Notes: generated by a model not told the origin, from the sequence alone. DNA of 40,451 nt from Catajapyx aquilonaris (GCA_000934665.2 JYFJ02003532.1:1-40451); one strand, 5' to 3'; positions 12,428 to 23,664 are shown, counted from the stretch's first letter. Program-made: numbers and translations.

Positions 12428-12680
12428 GATACCCCTGATAGGCCTCCTTGGGCCGCTTAGGGGATAATTTTTTCATGAACCGTCTTTAATCATTGCCTTT
12501 GCTGTGATGGATTTTGATTGCTGAAGGAAACGGGAGAACCCCAAGAAAACCCACGGGAACACGGAGAGAACCTATCGAAACTCTATCCACATAAGTATCC
12601 TCTGTCCGACCCGGGGATCGAACTCGGGACCTTAGAGGTGGTAGGCTGCGGCACTAACCACTAAGCCACCGTGTCGCCCT
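12371..12680 (-). mobile_element. tRNA-derived SINE, family 3 (V-domain-like core), with long (ATT)n tail
   Basis: Minus-strand head GGGCGACACGGTGGCTTAGTGGTTAG...GAGTTCGATCCCCG; core GTTCTCTCCGTGTTCCCGTGGGTTTTCTTGGGGTTCTCCCGTTTCC. TSD AACAAGA(A/T)ATAT at 12359-12370 and 12682-12693. Confidence 0.9.
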
Positions 12681-13104
12681 CAACAAGATATATGATCTTA
12701 GTCCATTCCATTTTAATCAGGTAGTTGGAACCTAACTGGCTCAGGCTGGGGTGCACTAGTAGGTGGCAGTGCCATTGTGCTGATGTGAAGTCTTTCCATC
12801 CAACTAAGCTTGTAATTTGTGTTTTTGCAAGTTTATTTTATTTATTTTTAGTGCAGTATCCAGTTTTATTTAATAGTAGTATTTGATACCCAATGATATA
12901 CCTCTTGGGGACCTTCTGTTTAAATACCTGACTATTACATACCTGTAGAGTACCTTACTTCTGTTGGATATTGGTAGTGTCGTCCAAACTCATCTCAAGA
13001 CATGCTACTTGTATTCATCTGACAACATGAAGTAAAATATGACAATTACTATTGGTTATATTGGTACCACCAATATTGAAAGACCAGTGACGTGATTTCT
13101 TATA

Positions 13105-13528
13105 TACAGGGTGAAGTGAAACTCGTGGTCAATCGCCAGGTAGACTGATAGTACTCGCGAAACTAATATAGGGATGTGAAATAATTATTAGTTTTGGGTC
13201 CCATTGTGTAGTTAATGCGGACGGTGCCTTTAAAGTTTTAGAGGGCCGGATGGTAAAACACGAGGTAAAAATGACAAAGTGCATGGTTGTCGCACCTGGA
13301 TTCTTCCTCTGACGGGATTTGATCACCTATTGCATTAGGCCGATTAGGGGACCAAGGCCAGATTATTTGGAGGTCCTCCAGCTGGCTTTTGCTTCGTTGA
13401 AGCTGGTGGAACGGACGTGACGTCACGAAACTTTGACGGTGCCCTAAACTAATTGCACATCCCTATATTAGTTTACAAGTACTATCAGTCTACCTGGCGA
13501 TTGTCCACGAGTTTCCCTTCACCCTGTA
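13105..13528. mobile_element. Tc1/mariner-type MITE
   Basis: TA|CAGGGTGAAGTGAAACTCGTGG ... CCACGAGTTTCCCTTCACCCTG|TA; inverted arms of ~70-90 bp. Confidence 0.88.
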
Positions 13529-13582
13529 TATTACTGAATTTCAGTCATCTATGAGGGCATGCTGATAATTTTTGCCTCCAAG

Positions 13583-13728
13583 TACTATGGGGCTCAAATT
13601 GTTTTGGCCACTTTATCCTGGTCTTGAAGCAACCCTTCGCACAGGCCCCACGTTGAGCAGGTGTGCGTGTGTGAGGGGTTGCTTCATGACCAGGATAAAG
13701 TGGCCAAAACAATTTGAGCCCCATAGTA
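13583..13728. mobile_element. Nested palindromic MITE (second copy at 39902-40036)
   Basis: TACTATGGGGCTCAAATTGTTTTGGCCACTTTATCCTGGTC ... GACCAGGATAAAGTGGCCAAAACAATTTGAGCCCCATAGTA; TA-flanked. Confidence 0.88.
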
Positions 13729-13733
13729 CAATG

Positions 13734-14107
13734 TACAGTCCTGAGCATAAAAGGCTTGGGTTCGATTCGGAAGCAAACGGGTGGTCCGCCTCTGGCAGAC
13801 CCCACGATGGAAGGGACTTAGAGTGATGATATAGGCCCTATCTGGGGCCCGGGGTTTAAGGACCTACATGGTCTGGAATAACCCCGTTAATATCTAAGTC
13901 CCGAGCATAAAGGTGGAGACGGCATACCCTCCCCTTCGGCAGGATGCTCTGCCAATCCCCACCTTACGGTATCAAATATGCAGTAATAAATACAAGAACA
14001 CACGCCTAAAGCAGCCAACTGGGTCCAAAGAGAGTCCATAATTTGAGGAGGATAATGGAAGGTCAGAGAAGACCCACAGCATCTCCAACTTTATGCTCGG
14101 GACTGTA
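13734..14107. mobile_element. Nested Tc1-like MITE(s) with CAGTCCCGAGCATAAAG termini
   Basis: Left ends at 13734 (TACAGTCCTGAGCATAAAAG) and ~13897 (GTCCCGAGCATAAAGGTGGAG); right end CTCCAACTTTATGCTCGGGACTGTA at 14107. 13897-14107 is homologous to 21050-21666. Confidence 0.8.
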
Positions 14108-14658
14108 CATAGAATGTGTAATACATATCACAGGACAATGCAGGTAACATCAAATGAAAGCCTGGAATGTACACGTCAAAACCAAATATTTACTTTTCTA
14201 CATACTACCTACAGCAATACAGGTGTGCCAACGATGTACTAGTTCTTTCCTCCTATCAGCGTATGACTCAGGGCTGTGGAAGTGGCACCAAGTGCGAACA
14301 GCAGCAGCAACTTCTGCATTGGAGCTGTACCAATTGTCTTGTAACTTTCTTTTCCCAAAGATGAAGACACACCTGAAGGGCAATATTTGTTACAGCTCCA
14401 ATGCAGAAGATTATGCTGCTGTTCGCACTTGGTGCCACTTCCACAGCCCTGAGTCCTATGCTGATGGGAGGAACGAACTCTACATCGTTGGTGCAACTGT
14501 CTTGCTGTAGGTGGTGAGTATGTAGAAAAGTAAATAACATGGTTTTGAAGAGGGCATTTCAGGCTCTCATTTGAAGTTACCCACATTTTCCTGTGATATG
14601 TATTACACATTAAGTGTACATGGAGGAAAATATTATCAGCATGCCCTCATATATATAT

Positions 14659-16581
14659 GAGGCATTCCACGTCAAGCGGCACACCTTCCGCTAAATCTTT
14701 GAGGACCTTGACCAAAATGTAGTGACGTGTACTACTCATTGACCTATGCAGGAATCCAATTTATTATCCATCTGCATTGCGTGGTTGCATAACCACAGGG
14801 TGTCAAAGATGCCAATTTTCGACCATTTTTTATACGTTCGCTGTCACTAAGATGGCCATATCTTCTAGACGGTCAGGTCAAATATAACAATTGATATGTG
14901 TATTCGAAGGGTAATTTTACGCTCTATGAGATGGCCATACTCAAAATTGAAAAATCCAAACATTTAAAATCAAATATGGCGCCCAAAATATTGATTTTGA
15001 TATTGGTCGTGAATCGACCCCTACGATTTCTTTTGAATGGCACTTGAAATGACAAGGGCAATGTTTACTTCACATTTCCGAAAAATCTGGAGAACCCTTT
15101 TTTGATCTTTGCCGACAATATTAACTTTTTTGGTTCCAAACACGTCCTGTCAGTGTGGTCACCCCATTTGGAGGACCATAACTAGGAGAAGGTCAGGTCA
15201 AATCTTATATTTGATATGCGTATTCGGAAGGTATTTTTATGCCCCAGGAGATGGTCATACTCAAAATGGAAAAATCCAAGAACTTTAAATCAAAGATGAC
15301 GGCCAATTTTTCATTTTGATATTGATCAATATTCGACCCCTACGATTTCTTTTGAATGGCACTTAAAATGATCAGGGTAATGTATACTTGAGATTTCCGC
15401 AAAATCGGGAAAACCCCTTTTTGATAATTGCCTAATATAAAAACATGTTAGTTGCAAGACGTGCACCGTAAATGTAGTCACCTCAATTATCAATAAGATT
15501 GCTCCAAATTTGTTGCCTTAAATATTCATGCTACATATCGCGAGAATGCCAGATTCTAGCACTCTACATTGGTAATAATAATTAATAAATACCGATTTTA
15601 AGGACATACTGAAAAGATAAGTCTCATAAAGTTAACTGAGACGAAATAGGTGTTTATTATAATATTTACGTAGAGTGATAGAATCAGGCATTATCATTAT
15701 GTGCAACATGAATATTATTTTAACTCGACAAATTTGGAGAATTTTATTCATAATTTAGGTGACTACATTTACGGTACGCATCTCACAGCTAACATGTTTT
15801 TATATTAGGCAATTATCAAAAAGGGGTTCTCCCGATTTTGCGGAAATCTCAAGTATACATTACCCTGATCATTTTAAGTGCCATTCAAAAGAAATCGTAG
15901 GGGTCGAATATTGATCAATATCAAAATGAAAAATTGGCCGTCATCTTTGATTTAAAGTTTTTTTATTCTTCCATTTTGAGTATGACCATCTCCTGTGGCA
16001 TAAAAACACCTTCCGAATACACATATCAAATATAAGATTTGACCTGACCTTCTCCTAGTTATGATCCTCCAAATGAGGTGACCACACTTACGGGACGCGT
16101 TTGGAACCAAAAAAGTTATTATTTTCGGCAAATATCGAAAAAGGGTTCTTGAAATTTTTCTAAAATGTGAAGTAAACATTGCCCTTGTCATTTTAAGTGC
16201 CATTCAAAAGAAATCGTAGGGGTCGATTCACGACCAATATTAAAATCAATGTTTTGGGCGCCATATTTGATTTTAGATTTTTGGATGTTTCAATTTTGAG
16301 TATGGCCATCTCATAGAGCGTAAAATGACCCTTCGAATACACATATCAAATGTTATATTTGACCTGACCTTCTAGGAGATATGGCCATCTTAGTGACAGC
16401 GAACGTATAAAAAATGGTCGAAAATTGGCATCTTTGACACCCTGTGGTTATGCAACCACGCAACGCAGAGGGATAATAATTTGGATTCCTGCATAGGTCG
16501 ATGAGTAGTACACGTCCCTACATTTTGGTCAAGGTCCTCAAAGATTTAGCGGAAGGTGTGCCGCTTGACGTGGAATGCCTC
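14659..16581. mobile_element. Long-TIR non-autonomous DNA transposon, Sola-like, copy 1
   Basis: ATAT|GAGGCATTCCACGTCAAGCGG ... CCGCTTGACGTGGAATGCCTC|ATAT. Arms of ~0.85 kb contain ~320-bp internal subrepeats. GAG..CTC termini with a 4-bp TSD fit the Sola superfamily. No transposase. Confidence 0.85.
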
Positions 16582-17656
16582 ATATATTTTTTTTTGAAGT
16601 TGTTATAAATTGGCAAATTTCACTCAGCACTTGATTGCACTGCTATTAATGCTCACCACATTGCAGCTTCTTGTGTTCATAACTTGTGGCTATGCAGAAA
16701 ATGGGCAATACCTGTGTCCACTTTCCAGTGATGAGGTGTCGTGAGGACTGGTGAGGATTGCCCATGACTTGAGCATCTCCTATTCTGTTAGAGCACCCAC
16801 CTACAGCAATAATAGTTAGAGGCCCCAACATAACTACAATTATCTCATTACCATCACAGCTTAAATCTCTTCATGCAACAGTATTGAGGCACCATTAAGG
16901 ACAAAAAGAGGGTTCATTAAGATGTAGTGTGTTTGCAGGTATGTTAAACATGTTCATAATATAAGCCTTTCATGAGCATTCTCCAGATGGAGGCAGAAGT
17001 TTCAGGTCACATTTACTACCTGACTGCTTATAGTTGACACCTTGGTTTGAATAGTGAGGGAGTGTTCCAGCTGAAGTGATGGAGTACACTGTACTCAATA
17101 TTATCCAGATGTGGATTGTCCATGCATGGCTAAAAAAAGAAAAGTCTGAAAAAATGTCAATTCTGCTCACAAATAAAGAAATATAAGACTGTTCCAGGAG
17201 ACAGACTAAAATTCTACGAGATTTTTCTAATTTTGAATCAATCTTATTTAAGCAGAATACAGTATGTACAGTTGTTCATTTAAAACCTGTGAATAGCTCA
17301 TTTTACGGCATCTAGGACCAGTTTCCGATTATCCATGTTTTTCGATTATTATCCAGCGACACCCATGCAGCCATTAGCCCGGATAATCAGGAGTACAGTG
17401 TATTAGATTAATTTACACATGTCATCTGTGTCACGGAGTGAAAGCCTTGTGTGGAGATGCTTGTGTACCTCAGGCTACCTACTGTGCACTCCCAACAGCC
17501 ACACATGTTGGTGTGTAAGTGTTCATATCAGATTGTTCTGGTTGACAACATAACTACCAGTTCCAATGTAAGGTAACCTTTGGTTCATATTATTTTGGAA
17601 ACAGTATGCTCACATCATACAATCAGCTGCATACCTGTATTATACTCACAAGGGAA

Positions 17657-18545
17657 GGTCACGGGGTGATAATGACGGATCTTGATGAAATTGATCATGC
17701 TAATACAGGACAATATATGATACCCAAAAATGAAATATTTCGTGCGGAACCCCATATTTGCAAAAGTTATGACGTCTTAAAGTTCCAAAAATAATACATT
17801 TTCATACTCCATGGGATTACATTAGCGACCACATATAATGACATTGAAGTGTGTAATCAGTTTCTAGACCTTTTCTCATTCTTTCAGGGAGCATGTGAAT
17901 CGATATATCGTAACCTAGGCAACATATCGATTCCAGTATCGGCTTGGGCGATAACATCATGGCGGCCGATGACGCTCATTGCGAACATGTCCAACGTCAG
18001 GAATAAATTCCACAGCCCCTATACCAGAGAGTCAGGTAAAACCCGGAGTAAATCCCCGAAAAACACGGTCAGAAATACACGGAAACTAACTTCGAAATCA
18101 AACGATAATAACCCGCCCGTAAAGTAGACTTGTGCGGATAGAGTGAACCCGGAAGACCGGAAGTGGCGGGTCACCAGAAGTTGATCATGAAACCTATTTT
18201 GGTCACGCTCAATCCGAATAACCGTTTGTCGCTATCTCTTATGGTTTAGGCCATGATACCTGTCCACAGACGGACGGACGGACGGACGGATGGCCAGAGT
18301 CGTTCTGTATGACTTTTTTCCGATGAGAAATGGTCTAGAAACTTATTACACACTTCAATGTCATTATATGTGGTCGCTAATGTAATCCCATGGAATATGA
18401 AAATGTATTATTTTTGGAACTTGAAGACGTCATAACTTTTGCAAATATGGGGTTCCGCACGAAATATTTCATTTTTGGGTATCATATATTGTCCTGTATT
18501 AGCATGATCAATTTCATCAAGATCCGTCATTATCACCCCGTGACC
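17657..18545. mobile_element. TIR element with ~220-bp arms, Kolobok-like termini
   Basis: GGTCACGGGGTGATAATGACGGATC ... GATCCGTCATTATCACCCCGTGACC|TTAA with near-perfect arms. TTAA is present only on the right. Internal (GGAC)n microsatellite at ~18268-18290. Confidence 0.8.
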
Positions 18546-19387
18546 TTAAGTAATACTTAACAGGTGTGTGAATGACTCCATATATGCCACCTAACTCCAC
18601 CTAATGGTAGAAGTGAAGTTTACTTTTCACTCGGAGATGTCCTTCTCTCTAGGCAGTCTAGAGGACCAGAGCACACAAACGTGTGACCACCTTCCACGTA
18701 GTCACAGATTGGGACCATGGACAGGTGTGGCTTCAATGGGCTTCAGTACGTTGTTCATTGCGATTCAGTGAGAGATTTTTTTGATATTGTTGATGTGATG
18801 CAGTATGTTAAAAGACTTGTAGCAAGAAGACTATGTGACTGGCATTGGTAGAAAACTCAGTTGGTGCAGCCAAGTTGAGCAACTGTGCAAATACAGTGTC
18901 CCACAGTGTTGAGTGTTGGTTGTGGATTGCTTATGCTGATTTCATTTTGTAATGCTACAATAGTGCATGCACTGAAGGCATATACTGCACTATTGCAAGT
19001 GAATGAGAAGTATACCAGTGAACAGTTTGAGGCAGCTGGTTGATGAGAAGACTGTCTACAGACTGGACTGAATATAGACAAATCCATATGTGGCTTATGA
19101 GGTGGCTACCTGAAAAAGGTAATCCGTGCAATGCACCGCTGTCAGACGGGGCAGGTCCCAAACTACGTTTTATGTCGTGTTTATTGCATGTAACTATTCA
19201 TGCATTTTGGCCAGACTAATAAATGGTCTGTGGCAGTGTTTCCCAATTTGAAAGTGTAGAGGTCTCCTTTGTTATTCCATAGTAACCCATCCTGTTAAAT
19301 TTCTACAAACAAATTGGAAGTGTTTTCTGAAGCTTCTCCAGATATGGATTTGAAACAAGATTGAAAAACATGCAAGTGGGATTCGAG

Positions 19388-19745
19388 TAGACCTTTTCTC
19401 ATTGGGCAGCGGGAAATGAGGCTGACAACATGATGCTATTCTCATTGGACATCAATGGCATAGAATGTTGTCAGTCTCACTTCCCGTTGCCAATTAACTC
19501 AGGGGCACCGCCTCTAGACTTGACCTTGGCAGATAGAGTTAACCTGGAAAACCGAGAGTGGCCAGGCACTGGAAGTTGACCAGGAAACCTATTCAGGGTC
19601 TGCTGAATCCTAATCAGAAAACAGTTTGTCGATATCTATTGCATTTAGGCCTTAATACCAGTCCACAGACAGATAAACAGGTGGACAGAGCCGTCCTATA
19701 AGACTTTTTTTTAAAAGAGAAAAAGTCTAAAATTATTCACACACA
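19388..19745 (+). mobile_element. Diverged relic related to the interior of the 17657-18545 element, with a small hairpin (~19400-19494)
   Basis: Shares TAGACCTTTTCTCATT at the start. ~19545-19745 aligns with ~18150-18352 (GAAGTTGA..GAAACCTATT..GTTTGTCG..TTTAGGCC..GTCCACAGAC..GAGAAA..GTCTA). Confidence 0.6.
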
Positions 19746-19811
19746 AAAAAATTTAAAATGTCAAATATTTGTCAACAATTTCGACAGATATGCACTCGCC
19801 AGAAATGCATA

Positions 19812-20707
19812 TACGAGGGCATATCAAAAAGTTTTGGCCCCGAGACACTACCAATAAGCAGAGGAGGATTATTTTATTTTCAGTTCTCTACATAGTCCCC
19901 TCTCACTGCCACACACTTGCACCAGAGGTGCTACAGCCTTCGGATACCATGGAGGAAGAAGTTCTTGTCGACCCCTCCCAACCACTCATCCACAGCCGCC
20001 TAAGTGTCGTCCACGAACTCTTTCCTTTGGGCTTTCGTCTCCGGGTCATAATGTTGAATCCAGCTTTCATCTTGGGTGACATACCGAGCAAGGAAGTCAT
20101 CAGGGTTTGCGAGGAAGAGGGCAAGGGCAGACTCGGAAAGAGTCACACGTGAGCGCTTCTGGTCTGGCGTCAGCATCTTGGGCACCCATCTCACACAAAC
20201 CTTGTGGAATCCCAACGTGTCGGTCAGGATGTTGTGGACCGACCCATATGAGATGCCCACAGCGGTGGCCAATTCGTGGACAGTGATCCGACGATCTGCC
20301 AACATCAGGTCATGGACTTTGTCGATGTTTTCCACTGTTGTCGGCGTTGTTGGGCGCCCAGAGCGGGGGTTGTCTTCAAGTCGCTCTCTTCCCAGTTTGA
20401 AGTCGCGAACCCAGTTCTTGACTGTGGTGTATGGTGGAGCATCATCACCCACCGTTTCTCGCATGTCTTCGTAAATCTGCTTTGCCGACATCCCCTTCTT
20501 TATGAGGTACCTGATAACAGAGCGAAACTCAATTTTCTCCATTGTCAGCAGCGTCCAACACCTTGCTGTCTTCTCGGAGCTGTAACTTTGCAATGAATTA
20601 TGCAATCCTGGCACTAGTAGTAGATGTGCCTACTATATGTTGGCAGCACAGTCCAAGGGGATGTGTCCATCTGCCTCAGGGCCAAAACTTTTTGATATGC
20701 CCTCGTA
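19812..20707 (-). mobile_element. Internally deleted mariner transposon (~0.9 kb)
   Basis: TA|CGAGGGCATATCAAAAAGTTTTGGCCC ... GGGCCAAAACTTTTTGATATGCCCTCG|TA; contains a mariner transposase frame. Confidence 0.95.
19880..20542 (-). pseudogene. Mariner transposase, catalytically deleted
   Basis: ATG at 20542 (MEKIEFRSVIRYL). Both HTH regions, RSGRP, WVPKML (the WVPHEL motif) and TQDESW (first catalytic D) are present. The HDNA and YSPDLAPxD regions are missing. The frame joins the C-terminus (..KCVAVRGDYVEN*, stop 19880-19882) through two premature TAGs, the first at 20000-20002. Confidence 0.93.
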
Positions 20708-21049
20708 TGTGTAAATCTGCCTCTGCATATAGCAGAACCTGTCCCACATGGAATCAAACAGTGTTTTCATGACCTGCAGTAATAAAAACCTGCATGTTGA
20801 AATTAATACTGCATTAAAGCTGTTTCACAAATTGAACTAGGAACATGGTGCAGTTGTGAAGAATCTTGGGCAGGCAAAGAGTCCCACAGATTGGGCATTC
20901 AAACATGCCTTGTGGGTTTGGGCCCCTGCCAGAAGGAGGGATCTACAATTGCAGAAAAAATAATGCTTTCTGATGTTTTCCATATTGCATCTGGGTGTGA
21001 TTCGGTCATTTGCATCTTTGTCTCACAAGAACCATCCGATGAGCTAATG

Positions 21050-21666
21050 TACACCCGCGAGCATAAAGTTGGAGATGCTCAGGCCTTCTCTGACCTTTCT
21101 TTATTAGACTCAAATTAATGGACTCTTTTTGGACCGAGTTACCTAGCTGCTTCAGGCATGTGTTCGTGTGTTTATAACAGTATACAGGGTGGTCCAACTT
21201 CAAGTGTCGTTTTATAACGGCTATTAATAGAAGCGCTTTACGATTATCGTAGCAGCCACCTGTAAAATGGCCCATTTCGGCGCCATCGAAAATATTAGCT
21301 GTGTTTCGTTTGCAGGCTTTCCCCTTGCATTACAGGTCCATGGTCCATCTGGTGCCTTGGACGTCACCCATTTCACCCAGGCGCATCGCAGGTCATGTGC
21401 GCACCTCCTTTTTTCCAGGTCAACCCAGCAGCAGCGTTGATTACATGTGCGCTGCTATTGGCAGCTAATATTTTCGATGGCGCTGAAGTGGGACATTTTA
21501 CACGTCGCTGCTACGTCATCGCAAAATCACTGCTATTAATCGCCGTTATAAAACGACACTTGAAGTTGGACCACCCTGTATATTTGATACCGTAATAGCT
21601 GAGATTGGCAGAGCAGCCTGCCAAAGGTGAGGGCCTGCAGTCTCCAACTTGATGCTCGCGGGTGTA
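21050..21666. mobile_element. Tc1-like MITE carrying a nested MITE
   Basis: TACACCCGCGAGCATAAAGTTGGAGA ... TCTCCAACTTGATGCTCGCGGGTGTA. Without the insert it is the reverse-complement homolog of 13897-14107. Confidence 0.85.
21183..21580. mobile_element. Nested Tc1/mariner-type MITE
   Basis: TA|CAGGGTGGTCCAACTTCAAGTGTCGTTTTATAACGGC ... GCCGTTATAAAACGACACTTGAAGTTGGACCACCCTG|TA; arms of ~115 bp. Confidence 0.9.
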
Positions 21667-21669
21667 CTG

Positions 21670-22073
21670 TACAGTACCACTCATAAAGAATGGTACGACT
21701 CTATGGACAAAATGTTTATTCTGTTCCCAACCCCTGGGTCACCAGCATGTTTTTAGGGGTCATGAGGAAGGCTGGGAAAAGGCAATTAAAATCAAGAAAA
21801 AAAGAGAAGAAAAAAACAAGGCAAAGTAAGAAAATTTAAGGAAGGAAATTCATCTCAAATCTATGTAAGCATTGTACCAGGTTGAACATTTTGGTAATAA
21901 AACATTTCGGAAAAAGTCGGGAGGGAGCGAGGGAGGGAGTCATATGGGTCGCCAGAAATCTGGGACAAGTTGTCCATAGTGTCGGGACGAAATCAGGTTG
22001 GGAAAAATGCTGCATAGTCAGAATAAACAAGTTGTCCATAAGAGTCGTACCATTCTTTATGAGCGGGACTGTA
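21670..22073. mobile_element. Tc1-like MITE (second copy inverted at 26898-27290)
   Basis: TACAGTACCACTCATAAAGAATGGTACGACTC ... GAGTCGTACCATTCTTTATGAGCGGGACTGTA. Confidence 0.87.
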
Positions 22074-22404
22074 CATGGTAGGTTAAATGATGTTTTGTAA
22101 GGAATACATATAAATTTCCATTCATGAATTTATGCCCTGCAAAGTAAGTGAATTTTCTCATTGTGGTCATGCAGTATGAGAGGTAGTCACTTTGACCCCT
22201 GACTGAAAGAGTGGGAAAAGAGGAAGATTTGCACTTGGGGGGAATTATACTTTTGGTTCTCTTGCCAGACTTGTACTTAGCAGGTACACTTGGGTTTGTG
22301 GCTGTAGATGGGATATGGCAAAGTTGGATCCAGAATACACTCGTCATCACCAGGGGGCAGCCTGTGGGAGGTTAACAGGTTAGTTGGTGTTGGCCAGTCC
22401 TGAG

Positions 22405-22581
22405 TACAGCATTGGACATTAATGGAGGCATTCGAGGCACTGGTGGCTAGTGACATTTTCCGAAGCGGCAGAAGAAGGAATCGAAGATAAGGATACTGCA
22501 AACTGGGCGAGCAAGATTCCTTCTTCTGCCGCTTTGGAAAATGTCGATAGCGGTATGCCTCGATTTATGTCCAACACTGTA
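22405..22581. mobile_element. Small palindromic Tc1-like MITE
   Basis: TACAGCATTGGACAT..TCGAGGCA..GACATTTTCCGAAGCGGCAGAAGAAGGAATC pairs with GATTCCTTCTTCTGCCGCTTTGGAAAATGTC..TGCCTCGA..ATGTCCAACACTGTA. Confidence 0.75.
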
Positions 22582-22984
22582 CAATGTGTTATACCCATTT
22601 TGATACTCCTTCTGGATTTTCTTGATAAGGTAATACAGGTTGCATAAACAAGGTAAATCCAGAAAAAAACACTTCATCCTATGTTATTCATATAGGATTA
22701 ATATAATTACTTGTTCCGAGTTTACCATCATTAATGCAACCCAGCCTGAGCTACTCATTTAGAAGGTGTACAAGTGTAGGCAGCACAGTGAGCCGATGTT
22801 TATCAGCCCATATCTTGGCCTCATGCTCAGTGCCGTAGCTAGGTTATCGTAGGCTCCATAGCAAGCTAATGCACCTGGGCTCTAGCAACTCGAGCAAACT
22901 CTAGCAACCCCTACCCCTCCGGCCTGCCCTCCTCCCCTCCACAGACCCACTACCTGACTATGTAGTCCTACAAAATGTATAATA

Positions 22985-23342
22985 GGGGGAGGCACGGTGG
23001 CCGAGATGGTAACGTCGCGGCTTGCTATGCGAAAGGTCCCGGGTTCAAATCCCCACCCGGGAACAAACCTTTTGCTTGCGTCATTGGGTCGTGACCCGCG
23101 CCTAAGGAGGCGTCTTGGCAACCTGACCTCCTGGGGGACTGCACCTGGCCCACCACTGGACAATGCACCTGCACATGTGTTCCCTCCCCAAAATCCCCTA
23201 CCCTTACCCAATTTCCTAGTATTCCTTGCACCGGTGATTGAAGTAAATACAAGAGAAAACTGTATGGTGGTCTGCCACCCCCCTAAAGCGGCCTAGGGTT
23301 GCATCACGGGGTAAATAAAATAATTAAAAAATAATAATAATA
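22985..23342 (+). mobile_element. tRNA(Ala-like)-derived SINE, family 1
   Basis: Head GGGGGAGGCACGGTGGCCGAGATGGTAACG..CTTGCTA..GGTTCAAATCCCC and A/AAT tail. TSD AAAATGTATAAT at 22972-22983 and 23343-23354. Homologous to 3220-3566. Confidence 0.92.
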
Positions 23343-23426
23343 AAAATGTATAATCAAGCACACTGTCAGTAACATGAATGGGTATTCACCAAATGGGCCA
23401 TTGTCATGCAGGAAGAATAATATTAT

Positions 23427-23664
23427 TTATGTGTCATCAACGAGCTTAGATTCTGCGAAATTGTCTAGAATCCTCTCCAAGTGCAATTTCCTGGCACGCT
23501 CCTTTTCGATACTTGAGTTACAAGCTTGGTTACAAGGGAAGAGTCTCTTTTGTCCCATGCTGCTTGTTAAGTATGATTTAATGAGTCCCAGTCTGGAAAA
23601 TGACCTTTCTGCACTGGCCACTGTCACAGGAAGAGTTAAAGACAATCATCAGTGTGTGCGACTA
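23427..23664 (-). pseudogene. hAT transposase C-terminal dimerization-domain relic (downstream half)
   Basis: Translates LTLPVTVASAERSFSRLGLIKSYLTSSMGQKRL, the hAT dimerization-domain signature; frameshifted. Confidence 0.85.

Larger units (their letters stand above)
13550..14651. mobile_element. Mariner-derived palindromic element made of two inverted copies of a mariner 3' end; left arm interrupted by nested MITEs
   Basis: TIR TATGAGGGCATGCTGATAAT at 13550 and its reverse complement ending 14651. The arms continue as 14108-~14335 versus ~14385-14620. Both arms encode a mariner C-terminus (..FLFPKMKTHLKG..YSSNAE.AAVRTWCHFHSPESYAD..ELVHRWHTCIAVG.., GGEYVEK* with stop at 14531-14533). Confidence 0.85.

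Noticed and set aside
15952..16203. Recurrent 83-aa ORF MALKMTRAMFTSHFRK.. (also at 37840-38091 and 38584-38835)
   Set aside because: It recurs only because it lies in the TIR arms. It has no recognisable domain and is broken by a stop in the left arm of copy 1.
16970..17130. Strong minus-strand acceptor followed by a short ORF
   Set aside because: No recognisable product or partner exons, and it overlaps a GGATAAT..GAGTACAGTGTA motif also seen at ~17380-17402 that looks like a pogo/Tigger MITE end.
22057..22400. Minus-strand ORFs of 97 and 74 aa
   Set aside because: They run into flanking MITEs and show no homology I can recognise or consistent splice structure.
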